Source of the DNA: Verrucomicrobiaceae bacterium | GTDB lineage: Bacteria; Verrucomicrobiota; Verrucomicrobiia; Verrucomicrobiales; Verrucomicrobiaceae | Length of the DNA: 64,000 bases | Assembly: GCA_027484445.1 (NCBI GenBank) | Contig: JAIXSY010000038.1 | Coordinates: 3,915-67,914 of the forward strand | Reading direction: 5' to 3' | Part shown: one piece after another, positions 10,008-17,736 of the stretch | How positions within the stretch are numbered: position 1 is the first letter of the stretch | Layout of the letters: each line of letters starts with the position of its first letter | Made by a program: the position numbers and the translations under genes | Notes under the pieces: generated by a model | What the model saw: only the letters and a program-made list of their open reading frames with translations | Database searches by the model: none | Told to the model about the DNA's origin: nothing

Positions 10008-11402
10008 CTAGGCCTGAAGGGGGTCAAAGGGCATCTGGTCGCCCAAAGCTGTCAGACCCGGAAAGTAGCACCCCGCATTGCATTCCACGGCTTCGCCGCG
10101 GTCGAGGCTTGCCGTTGCAAAGTGGTAGTTCAAGGGCCCTGGAACTGCGACGCCAGCAGGCTGCACCACCATAGACAAGAACTGAAGCATCTGTAGCCCC
10201 GCGGCATTCATGCCGAAGGAGAAGACGTTCTCGTTTTGGCGGGCGGGATGGCTCAGCGGCAGACCCGAAATATAACTCGGATCATCAAGCAGCCCGGTGC
10301 GTTCCAAAGCGACATCAGCCGGATCGTACTGACCGATGCAAGCAAGGCAAGCATGGCCGGGCAAGATGGCGTGGGCGCGCCAGTCTGCCCCCCGCATGTT
10401 ACCTTTCGTCGTCATGGAAACCCGGACACCCCCATCAATTACCGGAATGAGGTGTGCGGTTGCTATCGTGTTCAGGACATAGCGGGGCCAGGGCCGATCA
10501 ACGCAGCTGAAGATCACATCGCAATCGAGAACTGCGCGAAAGCCGTCTTCCATGGTGATCGAGACGGGGAGAGCTTCGACCCGGAAATTTCCAGATGTCG
10601 CGCAGGCTGTCAGACGCGCGGCCGATGTCTCGACCTTGAGTCTTCCGATGTCGCTCGACGTGGCGTGGACGAGCCGATCTAGGTTGTGCTTTTCGACAGA
10701 GTCGAAGTCGATCAGCATCACATCCTCGGTCCCTTGCCGACAGACAGCTTCCGCGACGAGTCCGCCCACGCTGCCGACACCGACGACGCCAATACGCAAC
10801 CGCGCGAGATCGCGCTGCTTCCTTGCTCCCCAGGCAGAAGTCGTGCGCCGGAGCTCTTCGCGATACGGGGGTGGTGGGGCCAACTTATCATGGAAGGTGC
10901 AGGCGAGCCCATCACCCACCACGCGCACACTGCCGCACCATTCCCGTTCGTATTGTCCGCGGCCGCGCCGGAACCAGAACCGACCGCTCCAGGCGCCGTC
11001 CGTCCCGAGCGTCATCCCGAGCAGGGGATGGCCGGTTGCTGCGAAAGCACGAGGCGCAAGGCGCTCTTCCGCAACCACGTCGTCGCGGCTCATGCCCTGC
11101 CAGCCCGGAGAGGGATGGCTATGCAAAAAGGCAAGTCCGGCGCCCGCCCCGACTGCCATCGCAAGCGCCCGCTCGAAGTAGCGTCCCTCGAAACTGACGT
11201 TGCCCTGGAGTTTCCGTTCGCCTTCTTCCGGAAGGATGACTTCGTAGACAAGGGCGGTGAGGCGGCTTCGCCCCGTGCTGGGTCGCCAAAGGGCAAAGCA
11301 AAGGTCCTCTTGGCGGCTTCGCGAGTAGTGTTGGAGCAAGTGAGCCGCCAAAGCACCATGCGTCTCTGTGGACATGGCCACGCTGTTGGTCACGCGGCTC
11401 AT
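10008..11402 (-). CDS. JAB/JAMM peptidase - ThiF/E1-like adenylase fusion
   Basis: N-terminal E...HSHP-x7-SRDD JAMM-like motif. ThiF motifs GVGSVGG, DFDSVEKHNLDR and CVD; Zn-type CLAC plus C-terminal CNAGC. ATG overlaps the upstream stop (ATGA). Confidence 0.9.
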   Translation of the reverse strand: MSRVTNSVAMSTETHGALAAHLLQHYSRSRQEDLCFALWRPSTGRSRLTALVYEVILPEEGERKLQGNVSFEGRYFERALAMAVGAGAGLAFLHSHPSPGWQGMSRDDVVAEERLAPRAFAATGHPLLGMTLGTDGAWSGRFWFRRGRGQYEREWCGSVRVVGDGLACTFHDKLAPPPPYREELRRTTSAWGARKQRDLARLRIGVVGVGSVGGLVAEAVCRQGTEDVMLIDFDSVEKHNLDRLVHATSSDIGRLKVETSAARLTACATSGNFRVEALPVSITMEDGFRAVLDCDVIFSCVDRPWPRYVLNTIATAHLIPVIDGGVRVSMTTKGNMRGADWRAHAILPGHACLACIGQYDPADVALERTGLLDDPSYISGLPLSHPARQNENVFSFGMNAAGLQMLQFLSMVVQPAGVAVPGPLNYHFATASLDRGEAVECNAGCYFPGLTALGDQMPFDPLQA

Positions 11403-12070
11403 TGGGTAGCCCACAGATGACGGACAAACGCCATGTATTCCCCGACGGTTTTTCGGGTGTCGCTCCAGCCGGTGAACGGCCGGCTCCAGTACTGGAACTC
11501 GTCCGACAATCCGCTGTGGCCGGAGCTCAGATGGATTCCACCCGTCGGATGACCACCCCCGCCCTGCAATCCATGAATGTGGGGCCGGACATGAGGCCCC
11601 GACGGCGGCGTGATAGGAAAGTCAGGAGGCACCTTGAAGCCCATCGTGACGATGCGGCCCGCGAGGCGACCCAGCTCGACGGTGTATTCGAAGGTGATGT
11701 TGCCATCGCCGACTTCGGTCGCTTCATATCCCAAGGCCGAGAGCCCGGCCAGGAAGTTCGCCACCCCGAATTGCTGCGGGAGTTCAGAGACCGGGGTGGG
11801 GCCAGTGAAAACGCTGACGAAGGTGTCGCCCTTCTGGATGTGGATCGGCTCGTCGCCGCGCCCTTGGAAGCTGTCCTGCTTCTTGTTCTTGATCTCGATC
11901 AGGTAGTGATCCGAAGGGGAAAGGCCAGCCAGACCAAGGAGTTGGTTGGGGGTCTCTGTATGGTCTTTGACCAGATATTCTTCGCCATCGATGAAGATCA
12001 GGAACGACTTTGCCGCAGCTTCGTTCTGGCGATTCGCTTCGTCTCGGTTGATTTCACTCTCGTTGCCCAT
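11399..12070 (-). CDS. Multi-ubiquitin-like (beta-grasp) domain fused to a prokaryotic E2-like domain
   Basis: N-half IFIDGEEY...TPNQLLGLAGL...YLIEI...PIHIQKGDTFVSVFTG is Ubl-like. C-half VPPDFPITPPSGPH...QYWSRPF..W resembles Prok-E2 families. The protein contains no Cys. Confidence 0.82.
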   Translation of the reverse strand: MGNESEINRDEANRQNEAAAKSFLIFIDGEEYLVKDHTETPNQLLGLAGLSPSDHYLIEIKNKKQDSFQGRGDEPIHIQKGDTFVSVFTGPTPVSELPQQFGVANFLAGLSALGYEATEVGDGNITFEYTVELGRLAGRIVTMGFKVPPDFPITPPSGPHVRPHIHGLQGGGGHPTGGIHLSSGHSGLSDEFQYWSRPFTGWSDTRKTVGEYMAFVRHLWATQ

Positions 12071-12097
12071 CACAGAGCCTTTCTTTTCTAAGGTGAA

Positions 12098-12166
12098 TGG
12101 ACTAAACTGACTGTATAGTCCCTGTGTGGACTAATCTACCGTGAGACTTTTATGGGAGTCAAGTCC
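12098..12166. promoter_or_regulatory. Divergent promoter region with repeated GGACTA/TAGTCC half-sites
   Basis: GGACTA 12099-12104, TAGTCC 12116-12121, GGACTA 12128-12133, AAGTCC 12161-12166. Candidate minus-strand promoter TTGACT (12162-12157)-N18-TAGATT (12138-12133). Confidence 0.55.
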
Positions 12167-12180
12167 ATGACGAGACCGCT

Positions 12181-12585
12181 ATGACGGCCGCGCAAGTTGC
12201 AGACACATCCGGCATCTCGATACTGTCACCTGGTGACGATCAGGCCGCTCTCAGGGCATTCTTTCAGATTGCAGAGGCTTGGAACCTCACCACGGATGAC
12301 CAGTTGAAACTTCTTGGTAGCCCGCCGCGGTCCTCATTCTTCAAGATGAAGAAGGACGGGGGTCAATTGAGCAGGGATCAGCTCGAGCGGATCTCGCATA
12401 TAATCAACATTTACAAGTGTTTGCGGATTCTGTTCACCGATCAAGCCATGGCAGACAAGTGGGTGGTGCAGCCCAACAAAGCGCCGTTCCTTCAAGGTCG
12501 GTCGGCGCTGGAGTTCATGGCACGTGACGGGTACCTTTCCGACATCTTCCAGGTTCGACGCTACCTGGACGCCCAGCGAGGCTAA
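12181..12585 (+). CDS. Xre/MbcA/ParS-family antitoxin (HTH plus toxin-binding domain)
   Basis: ALRAFFQIAEAWNL...LLG...ERISHIINIYKCLRILF...W...PN...VRRYLDAQRG is the typical family profile; it lies directly upstream of a RES gene. Confidence 0.9.
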   Translation: MTAAQVADTSGISILSPGDDQAALRAFFQIAEAWNLTTDDQLKLLGSPPRSSFFKMKKDGGQLSRDQLERISHIINIYKCLRILFTDQAMADKWVVQPNKAPFLQGRSALEFMARDGYLSDIFQVRRYLDAQRG

Positions 12586-12593
12586 CCCCGTCG

Positions 12594-13298
12594 ATGCAGC
12601 AATTGTCCCAAGTGGCGCCTACGTGTGTTCCTACGTACCGTTTGATTCCATCGCGGTTTCCGCCGGTCGAACTCTATGAACCGGTTTGCCAGCCCCGTGA
12701 TTGGGACGGCACAAAGCGGGTTGAAGCCATGACCAATCCTCGGCTCCGAGAGATGGCAACTGGCTTAGGTCTGCTCCACCCCGACGATCGCGGTCGGGTG
12801 ACGCAGAACTGGCTTGTTGCTCCGTTCACTTACCCCGATCCGGAGCCAAGCCAATTTAGTGATGGGAGCTTTGGCTACAGCCTAGTCGCGGATACGAAAA
12901 AGGGCGCGCTTCTTGAAGCAGTGAGGCGACGCGAGCTGTTCTTGTCCAGCACTGAGCAAGGCGCGACACGTTTGGAGATGCGGATGCTCAAAATGCCCGT
13001 TCATTCCGAATTGCTATGCCAGTGCGAAGTGAACGAACCTGATGATTGGCAGCGCTCCCATGCAATGGTGCGCTCGTTGCGTGATGCCGGGTCCTATGGA
13101 TTTTGGCTTCCGAAGCGCGAAGGCCTGGGACGTCTAGCGGTTGTTCTTCGACCGACAGCATTTCAGACCGCCGTGCAAGCGGAACACTATGCATTTATTT
13201 GGAACGGCAAGTCTATCGAGGCGATCTACGATTTTTCCAACGGCGAAACGCTAGATCCAAACGAACTCAAAGTCTTGGCCAACGCTCAGGCAGCCTAA
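12594..13298 (+). CDS. RES-domain protein (NAD+ phosphorylase family), apparently degenerate
   Basis: TYRLIPSRFPP, EAMTNPRL and FSDGSFG are recognisable, but several family-conserved positions differ (see findings). Confidence 0.85.
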   Translation: MQQLSQVAPTCVPTYRLIPSRFPPVELYEPVCQPRDWDGTKRVEAMTNPRLREMATGLGLLHPDDRGRVTQNWLVAPFTYPDPEPSQFSDGSFGYSLVADTKKGALLEAVRRRELFLSSTEQGATRLEMRMLKMPVHSELLCQCEVNEPDDWQRSHAMVRSLRDAGSYGFWLPKREGLGRLAVVLRPTAFQTAVQAEHYAFIWNGKSIEAIYDFSNGETLDPNELKVLANAQAA

Positions 13299-13319
13299 CT
13301 GAGCCCTAGCCTAAGCCTT

Positions 13320-13347
13320 GAATTACATAATCTCTCTTATCAGACTT
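13320..13347 (-). other. dif-like 28-bp site (tyrosine recombinase geometry)
   Basis: Minus strand AAGTCTGATAA-GAGAGA-TTATGTAATTC, i.e. 11-6-11 with an ATAA-N6-TTATG core, in an AT-rich patch. Confidence 0.3.
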
Positions 13348-13548
13348 TTATAAAGCATTGATATTACGTAAGGAAATGGTGATTTTCTGCTAATTTCGAC
13401 CTCGCTTTTACCCACTTCCTTGGTTGACGAGGACGCCTTTCTACTTTGACGACACGGTGGCGCGCCAAAGGATGTGCGGGCGTGGATCTGCAATCGGCTT
13501 CAACTGATCAGACGGCGCAAGGTGACTGAAGTGAGCGCGCTCTGTCGC

Positions 13549-13782
13549 CTAGATTGCCGGGCGGTATCCGCGCCGCTCCTTCGCCCGGACCAAGGAGGAA
13601 GCCGCCGCTTCCGCTGAAGAGGTCGTGGGATACGAGGCCAGCCGGTACTGGCCCCGACCACCGATACGCCCCCAGCGTCGCTCGACAATGACCTGGCCGA
13701 ACAGGTCGGACATGAGCTCGACCCGGTAGAACCGAGCCATGTTCAGATCGGGGTCGATGCGGTGCAGCAGCTGGCAAGACAT
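13549..13782 (-). CDS. WGR domain protein
   Basis: LHRIDPDLNMARFY...DLFG...RRWGRIG...KERRGY. Start after GAGGAG. Confidence 0.88.
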   Translation of the reverse strand: MSCQLLHRIDPDLNMARFYRVELMSDLFGQVIVERRWGRIGGRGQYRLASYPTTSSAEAAASSLVRAKERRGYRPAI

Positions 13783-13860
13783 GGGCGCCTCCTCGCAATA
13801 GGATGCGCCCAACCTGTCCGGCCGTCCAATCAGGAATTTGAATCGATGGGGCTTTCCGAT

Positions 13861-14058
13861 TCAGGACGCTGATGGATCGCCGGGCTCGTCCTCCAGAACC
13901 TGAAGCCAGATCGGGCCGCGAAGGGTTTCCGGGTCGACGACCCACTTCACGACGATCTGGCCATCGGCCAGCCGATGCTGCTCGGCCAGTGGCTCGCCTA
14001 CGCAGTCCGGGTCCCGCCAGACGCGACCGATGATGACAGGCTTGATCTCATCGCGCAT
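13861..14058 (-). CDS. Small hypothetical protein (65 aa)
   Basis: GGAG RBS, ATG start, fills the gap upstream of the WGR gene; no family recognised. Confidence 0.4.
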   Translation of the reverse strand: MRDEIKPVIIGRVWRDPDCVGEPLAEQHRLADGQIVVKWVVDPETLRGPIWLQVLEDEPGDPSAS

Positions 14059-14182
14059 GGTGCCAACTCCGCCTGCCTGCTGGCGCGTCAGCCGTGGACA
14101 TGTCCAATTTCAGAACATATGTAATGCACTCATAAGCGGTGCACTGTTCGGGCCGCAGTCCCAAGAAAAGGCTCTTCCTTCG

Positions 14183-14608
14183 ATGCAAATTCCGTCCCCC
14201 GTCCTTGCTGCGACATATCTCTTTTTGGCTGTATCGCCTGCCCTGGCCCTCGACACCTGGACGGACACCGTCCAGCGCGGTCTGCGCGCTTTGAGCCTCA
14301 AGACGGCGGACGGCGAGGTCCGGATCTATTGCGACCCAGACCGCGTCTTCGGACCAGACTCGAACGCCAATGTTGCGGTGGAGCTCACCAATGACGCCGA
14401 TCCGACGATGGTTGTGTTCTTGGCGAAGTCCGGCGAGCAGGCCCGTCTTCCCGTCAAAGCCAGTCATGCCTTCCAGACCCAGAGCGACGCCGCTGACTGG
14501 TCGAAGATGGTGGCGATGGTGAAGGCAGGCGGGTCGTTCGCCATCGTGACGAGCAAGGCCAGCATGTCGGTCGAGACCGCTCCGATCCCAGATCTCGCCT
14601 GCGAGTAA
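14183..14608 (+). CDS. Exported hypothetical protein
   Basis: Signal-peptide-like N-terminus (LAATYLFLAVSPALA|LD), two Cys; start reassigned from the longer ORF. Confidence 0.6.
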   Translation: MQIPSPVLAATYLFLAVSPALALDTWTDTVQRGLRALSLKTADGEVRIYCDPDRVFGPDSNANVAVELTNDADPTMVVFLAKSGEQARLPVKASHAFQTQSDAADWSKMVAMVKAGGSFAIVTSKASMSVETAPIPDLACE

Positions 14609-14616
14609 AGCGCCAG

Positions 14617-15279
14617 TCATGACGAGGCCTTCTTCGCCTGCCGGGCATCGATCAGCCCGATGATGATCGCGGCGAAGAAAGCTCCGACGATGGTCGCCTT
14701 GGGCAAAACCATCAGCGGATCGCCCAAGGCCAGTTGCATCGCATTCAATGCGACAGGCTGGACATAGACCGTCATGGCTTCGCCAACGGTCATCTCCGCG
14801 ACATCGATCGCGCGGAAAGACTTCGCCGTGGCGATCAGCGGGTTGAGATCATTGGCCGAGGAGATAGCGCGCAACGCCGCCCTGCCCTCCTTTGCGAATG
14901 CCTTCAGAACATAGGCGTCGCTCAGGCCCTCGGCCATCGGCATGCCGGACAGACGTCCCACCTGCTTCTTAGGCAAACGGAACATCACCACGATCTTGTC
15001 CTTTTTCTCTTTCCGGAAATTTCCAGCCTGCTCCGCCAGCGTTCCCGGTGCAGAAGAAGGCACAGCGTTTGCCTGCCCATTTGCGGACTTGCGTGCCCCG
15101 GACGGGACGTCGGGCGACTGCGAAACCCCGACTGCCTCGCTGCCCTGCCTCCTTTGTTCTGCCAGGAGACGGTCTTGCGCTTCGCGGGAGGACCGCAGCC
15201 GAGCGGCAGCATTCTGCATCCCCGGCTCGACCGCGGCCGGTGAGGGTGCCACCCGTGGTGGCATCTTGAAGCGGCTCAT
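14617..15279 (-). CDS. VirC2-like partner of the ParA/VirC1 ATPase (putative ribbon-helix-helix)
   Basis: Stop/start overlap with the upstream gene. Flexible N-terminus followed by two beta-alpha-alpha-like segments, with a DPL motif reminiscent of VirC2 (from memory). Confidence 0.5.
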   Translation of the reverse strand: MSRFKMPPRVAPSPAAVEPGMQNAAARLRSSREAQDRLLAEQRRQGSEAVGVSQSPDVPSGARKSANGQANAVPSSAPGTLAEQAGNFRKEKKDKIVVMFRLPKKQVGRLSGMPMAEGLSDAYVLKAFAKEGRAALRAISSANDLNPLIATAKSFRAIDVAEMTVGEAMTVYVQPVALNAMQLALGDPLMVLPKATIVGAFFAAIIIGLIDARQAKKASS

Positions 15280-16040
15280 CGCGGCAGGACCTCGTCGATC
15301 CCGGCAAGTACTAATCCGGCAACTTCGAGCTGCCGTGTGATGGCCTCAGCCATCAGACGCCCGCCGGGTGCCCGCGCATTGGCGGCAGCGGCAGGCCCGA
15401 GTGGCCCATGGAACCCGAGCTGCTCAAGGATCTTGGAGTGCGGCACGATCACATCGAGATGGTCGAGCCGCAGGATTTCCATCAGGACATCCTGATCGCG
15501 CTTGGGCAGAAGGCTCATCCCCCCTTCCCTGGTCGCAGCATCGATGATCTTGGGGCCAGCGTCGATCACCAGCACGCGGACTTCCGGGAAGCGTTCCCCC
15601 TCGGCGATGCTGGCGCGGAGGTCATCCATCCAGAGGACGGCACGATGGGTCATTTCCCATTCGGCATATACCGGACGCGCCGGGATCAGCACCAGATCGG
15701 AGAGCAGGCAGAAATCTTCGGTGTCGGCATGGGTGCCGGGTCGAGTGTCGAGGATGATGAGATCTGTGCCCGCCGCCTCTTCACTCTCCAGCAAGGACAG
15801 CAACCCCAGGACAGAGTCCGGAGGCGACAGGATCGCCAGTGCATCTGGCCAGGCGGGCTTCTTGGGCCCGTCCCAGGCGGCGAGATCGAAGCTGTCGCGC
15901 CAGCGGCCCAGCTGCGCATTCACGTCGCCGTCGATCAGCGTCACGCGACGCCCGGCGTCCAGCGCTGCCGAGGCAATCAGCATCGCCGTGGTGGTCTTGC
16001 CCGAACCGCCTTTGGTTTGGACGATGGTAATGACTTGCAT
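15276..16040 (-). CDS. ParA/MinD-family ATPase, VirC1-like
   Basis: Deviant Walker A KGGSGKTT, IDGDVN..L.RW, ILDT. Confidence 0.88.
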   Translation of the reverse strand: MQVITIVQTKGGSGKTTTAMLIASAALDAGRRVTLIDGDVNAQLGRWRDSFDLAAWDGPKKPAWPDALAILSPPDSVLGLLSLLESEEAAGTDLIILDTRPGTHADTEDFCLLSDLVLIPARPVYAEWEMTHRAVLWMDDLRASIAEGERFPEVRVLVIDAGPKIIDAATREGGMSLLPKRDQDVLMEILRLDHLDVIVPHSKILEQLGFHGPLGPAAAANARAPGGRLMAEAITRQLEVAGLVLAGIDEVLPR

Positions 16041-16336
16041 GAAACACCCTCCGCAATCGCAACACCCATCTCAACGGGCGCGGAGCCTGCGGACCAATTG
16101 CCGCAAGGGAAATCAGCGCCCATGATCGCGTGAGGAAAGAGAGCGAACCCCCTGTAAGGGTTCGCATTTCTGCCGCGCGACCGGTGCGCTCAATAGGCAT
16201 ATGGTTGTGTGATCGTCAAACAGGTTGCGCCGGAGGTTGTGGGTCTGGCCGCAAATCTTCATATTTCCTAAGGAATTTGGAGATGCCTGTTGCTGCGGCG
16301 CAGCATGTCGGGGCTTTCGCCGCGTCGCCCCTCCAA

Positions 16337-16704
16337 ACAGTCTGGCGGGCCGCCTGTTTGGCTGTTTGCATGTCTGACCGGTTGCCTGTTTGTCCGGTGG
16401 CCCGCTGGACCATTTGCCGTACCGACATGGCGCATGGAAACCTGAATGGCGGGCTGCAGGCAGGACCACTTGCCTGCCCGCCGATCTGCCAGCTTGACCG
16501 TGGGCAAGGTAGACCATCCGACCGTTTGCAGAGATACCAGTTTGGCATCTCACCAGCATGGCCACTGGGCTGCGGGCCACTTGGACCAGGTGGCCAAGTG
16601 ACCGCTTGTAAGGATGCCGGGACGCTCGTCAGCGCGAGGGACCGCCGAGCCATTTGCATGTCTGCCTGTGTGACCAGGTGGCAGCTTGCCCATGTGCGTG
16701 TTCG
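16337..16704. repeat. Phase-locked degenerate 4-bp repeat array (NNNG)
   Basis: 92 consecutive in-phase tetramers. By hand count 73 end in G and 88 in a purine; the first 18 all end in G (ACAG TCTG GCGG GCCG CCTG TTTG GCTG TTTG CATG ...). Confidence 0.85.
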
Positions 16705-17034
16705 CATTTGACCGCCGTTGGGGGCCTGAAATGGCCTCCGCCTATCACACGCTGGCCTGGCCGCTGCAACTCTGCCTCCGCCGAAGGCACCAGCAGCCTT
16801 GACCCAAGGCCCCGAGACCCCACCGCCTTTCCTTCCCCCTTTCCGGGAAATGTCGGCGTCTCACCATGTGGCTCCCGATCCGTTTCGAGCCCTCGCGTTG
16901 AACGCGCCGGGCATCGAAAACCTGAACGTTTCAAGGGCGGTCGCGCGCGGGCGCTCCCTTCAGCGGAGGCCTCCGGCTAGGGCGCAGGGAGACAGTCGTC
17001 GGGCAAGCCGCCGACCCCTGACGCCATATGGAGT

Positions 17035-17142
17035 CCTCACCGGCTGTCCGGTTTCCGCGCGCGGGCTCCGCTTCGGAGGAGCGGAAACCGGCCGGTGAGG
17101 ACGGTTGGCAGGAACGGTAATGTGTGTTACATGTGGCGTAAC
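17035..17142. promoter_or_regulatory. Putative oriT
   Basis: 20-bp bulged inverted repeat 17035-17100 with an inner hairpin. TGGCAGGA at 17106-17113 (bottom strand TCCTG^CCA, MOB_P/T-border-like). Short IR GTTAC-N7-GTAAC at 17126-17142. Directly upstream of mobC and the relaxase. Confidence 0.55.
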
Positions 17143-17160
17143 GAATGCAATAGAGGTGTT

Positions 17161-17736
17161 TTGCAAGCAGTGCCGCGATCTCGCTTCTCCGACGCTGAGA
17201 GGACCGCTGCAGAGGCGCGTCTGGCTGCGGGTGAGAGCGTGGCCCAGATCGCCCTGGCCCTTGGACGGTCCCGCCAATCCCTGGCGCGGATCAAGGCTGC
17301 CATGGACCGGCGGACGATGGGACGGCTCGATGTGACGCTTACCGTGCGCCTGGCCGTTGAGGAGCGGGCAGCCTTGCAGACGGCCGCCGAGGCACATGGT
17401 CTGACAGTTTCCGAGGCAATGAGGCATCTGGTCAGACAGGCAAGCGGTCTTCTGGCTTTGCGCTCAGATGAGCAGGAGGCACTGGCTGCGGCGCGTCGGG
17501 AACTCTCGTCGGTCGGGACGAACCTCAACCAGCTCGCCCGTCTTGGGGCTGGCGGCAGGCTCAAGTGGAACCCTGGCGACAGCGCGCTTTTACGCAAGGT
17601 GCTCGGTCGGGTCGACGACCTGGCCGAACATGTCGTTGGTCTCGTCGCCGCTGCTGGACGGCCGGAGGGTCTCGGCACTGAGAGTGTGCCGGCAGGATCG
17701 ACGTCGGCGCAGGCCCATGAAGGGGAAGTTCGATGA
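17161..17736 (+). CDS. mobC: MobC/VirD1-like relaxosome accessory protein
   Basis: RHH-like LTVRLAVEERAALQ..A...GLTVSEAMR and ELSSVGTNLNQLAR motif. The start (TTG after GAGG) is uncertain. Confidence 0.85.
   Translation: MQAVPRSRFSDAERTAAEARLAAGESVAQIALALGRSRQSLARIKAAMDRRTMGRLDVTLTVRLAVEERAALQTAAEAHGLTVSEAMRHLVRQASGLLALRSDEQEALAAARRELSSVGTNLNQLARLGAGGRLKWNPGDSALLRKVLGRVDDLAEHVVGLVAAAGRPEGLGTESVPAGSTSAQAHEGEVR

Noticed and set aside
10008-12073. Thiamine/molybdopterin sulfur-carrier (ThiS/ThiF, MoaD/MoeB) interpretation
   Set aside because: No C-terminal GG carrier, an E2-like domain is present, and there are no cofactor-biosynthesis neighbours. Also not CBASS, since no CD-NTase is present.
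14101-14120. Possible LexA box (minus strand GTTC-N7-GGAC) upstream of the 65-aa/WGR genes
   Set aside because: The second half-site deviates from the alphaproteobacterial GTTC-N7-GTTC consensus; too weak alone.
16337-16704. CRISPR array or protein-coding explanation for the periodic region
   Set aside because: No repeat-spacer structure. The overlapping ORFs are low-complexity by-products, and a period of 4 is incompatible with codon bias.
17106-17130. A true 25-bp T-DNA border
   Set aside because: Only the first 8 nt match and no second border was seen; treated as a MOB_P-type nic candidate only.
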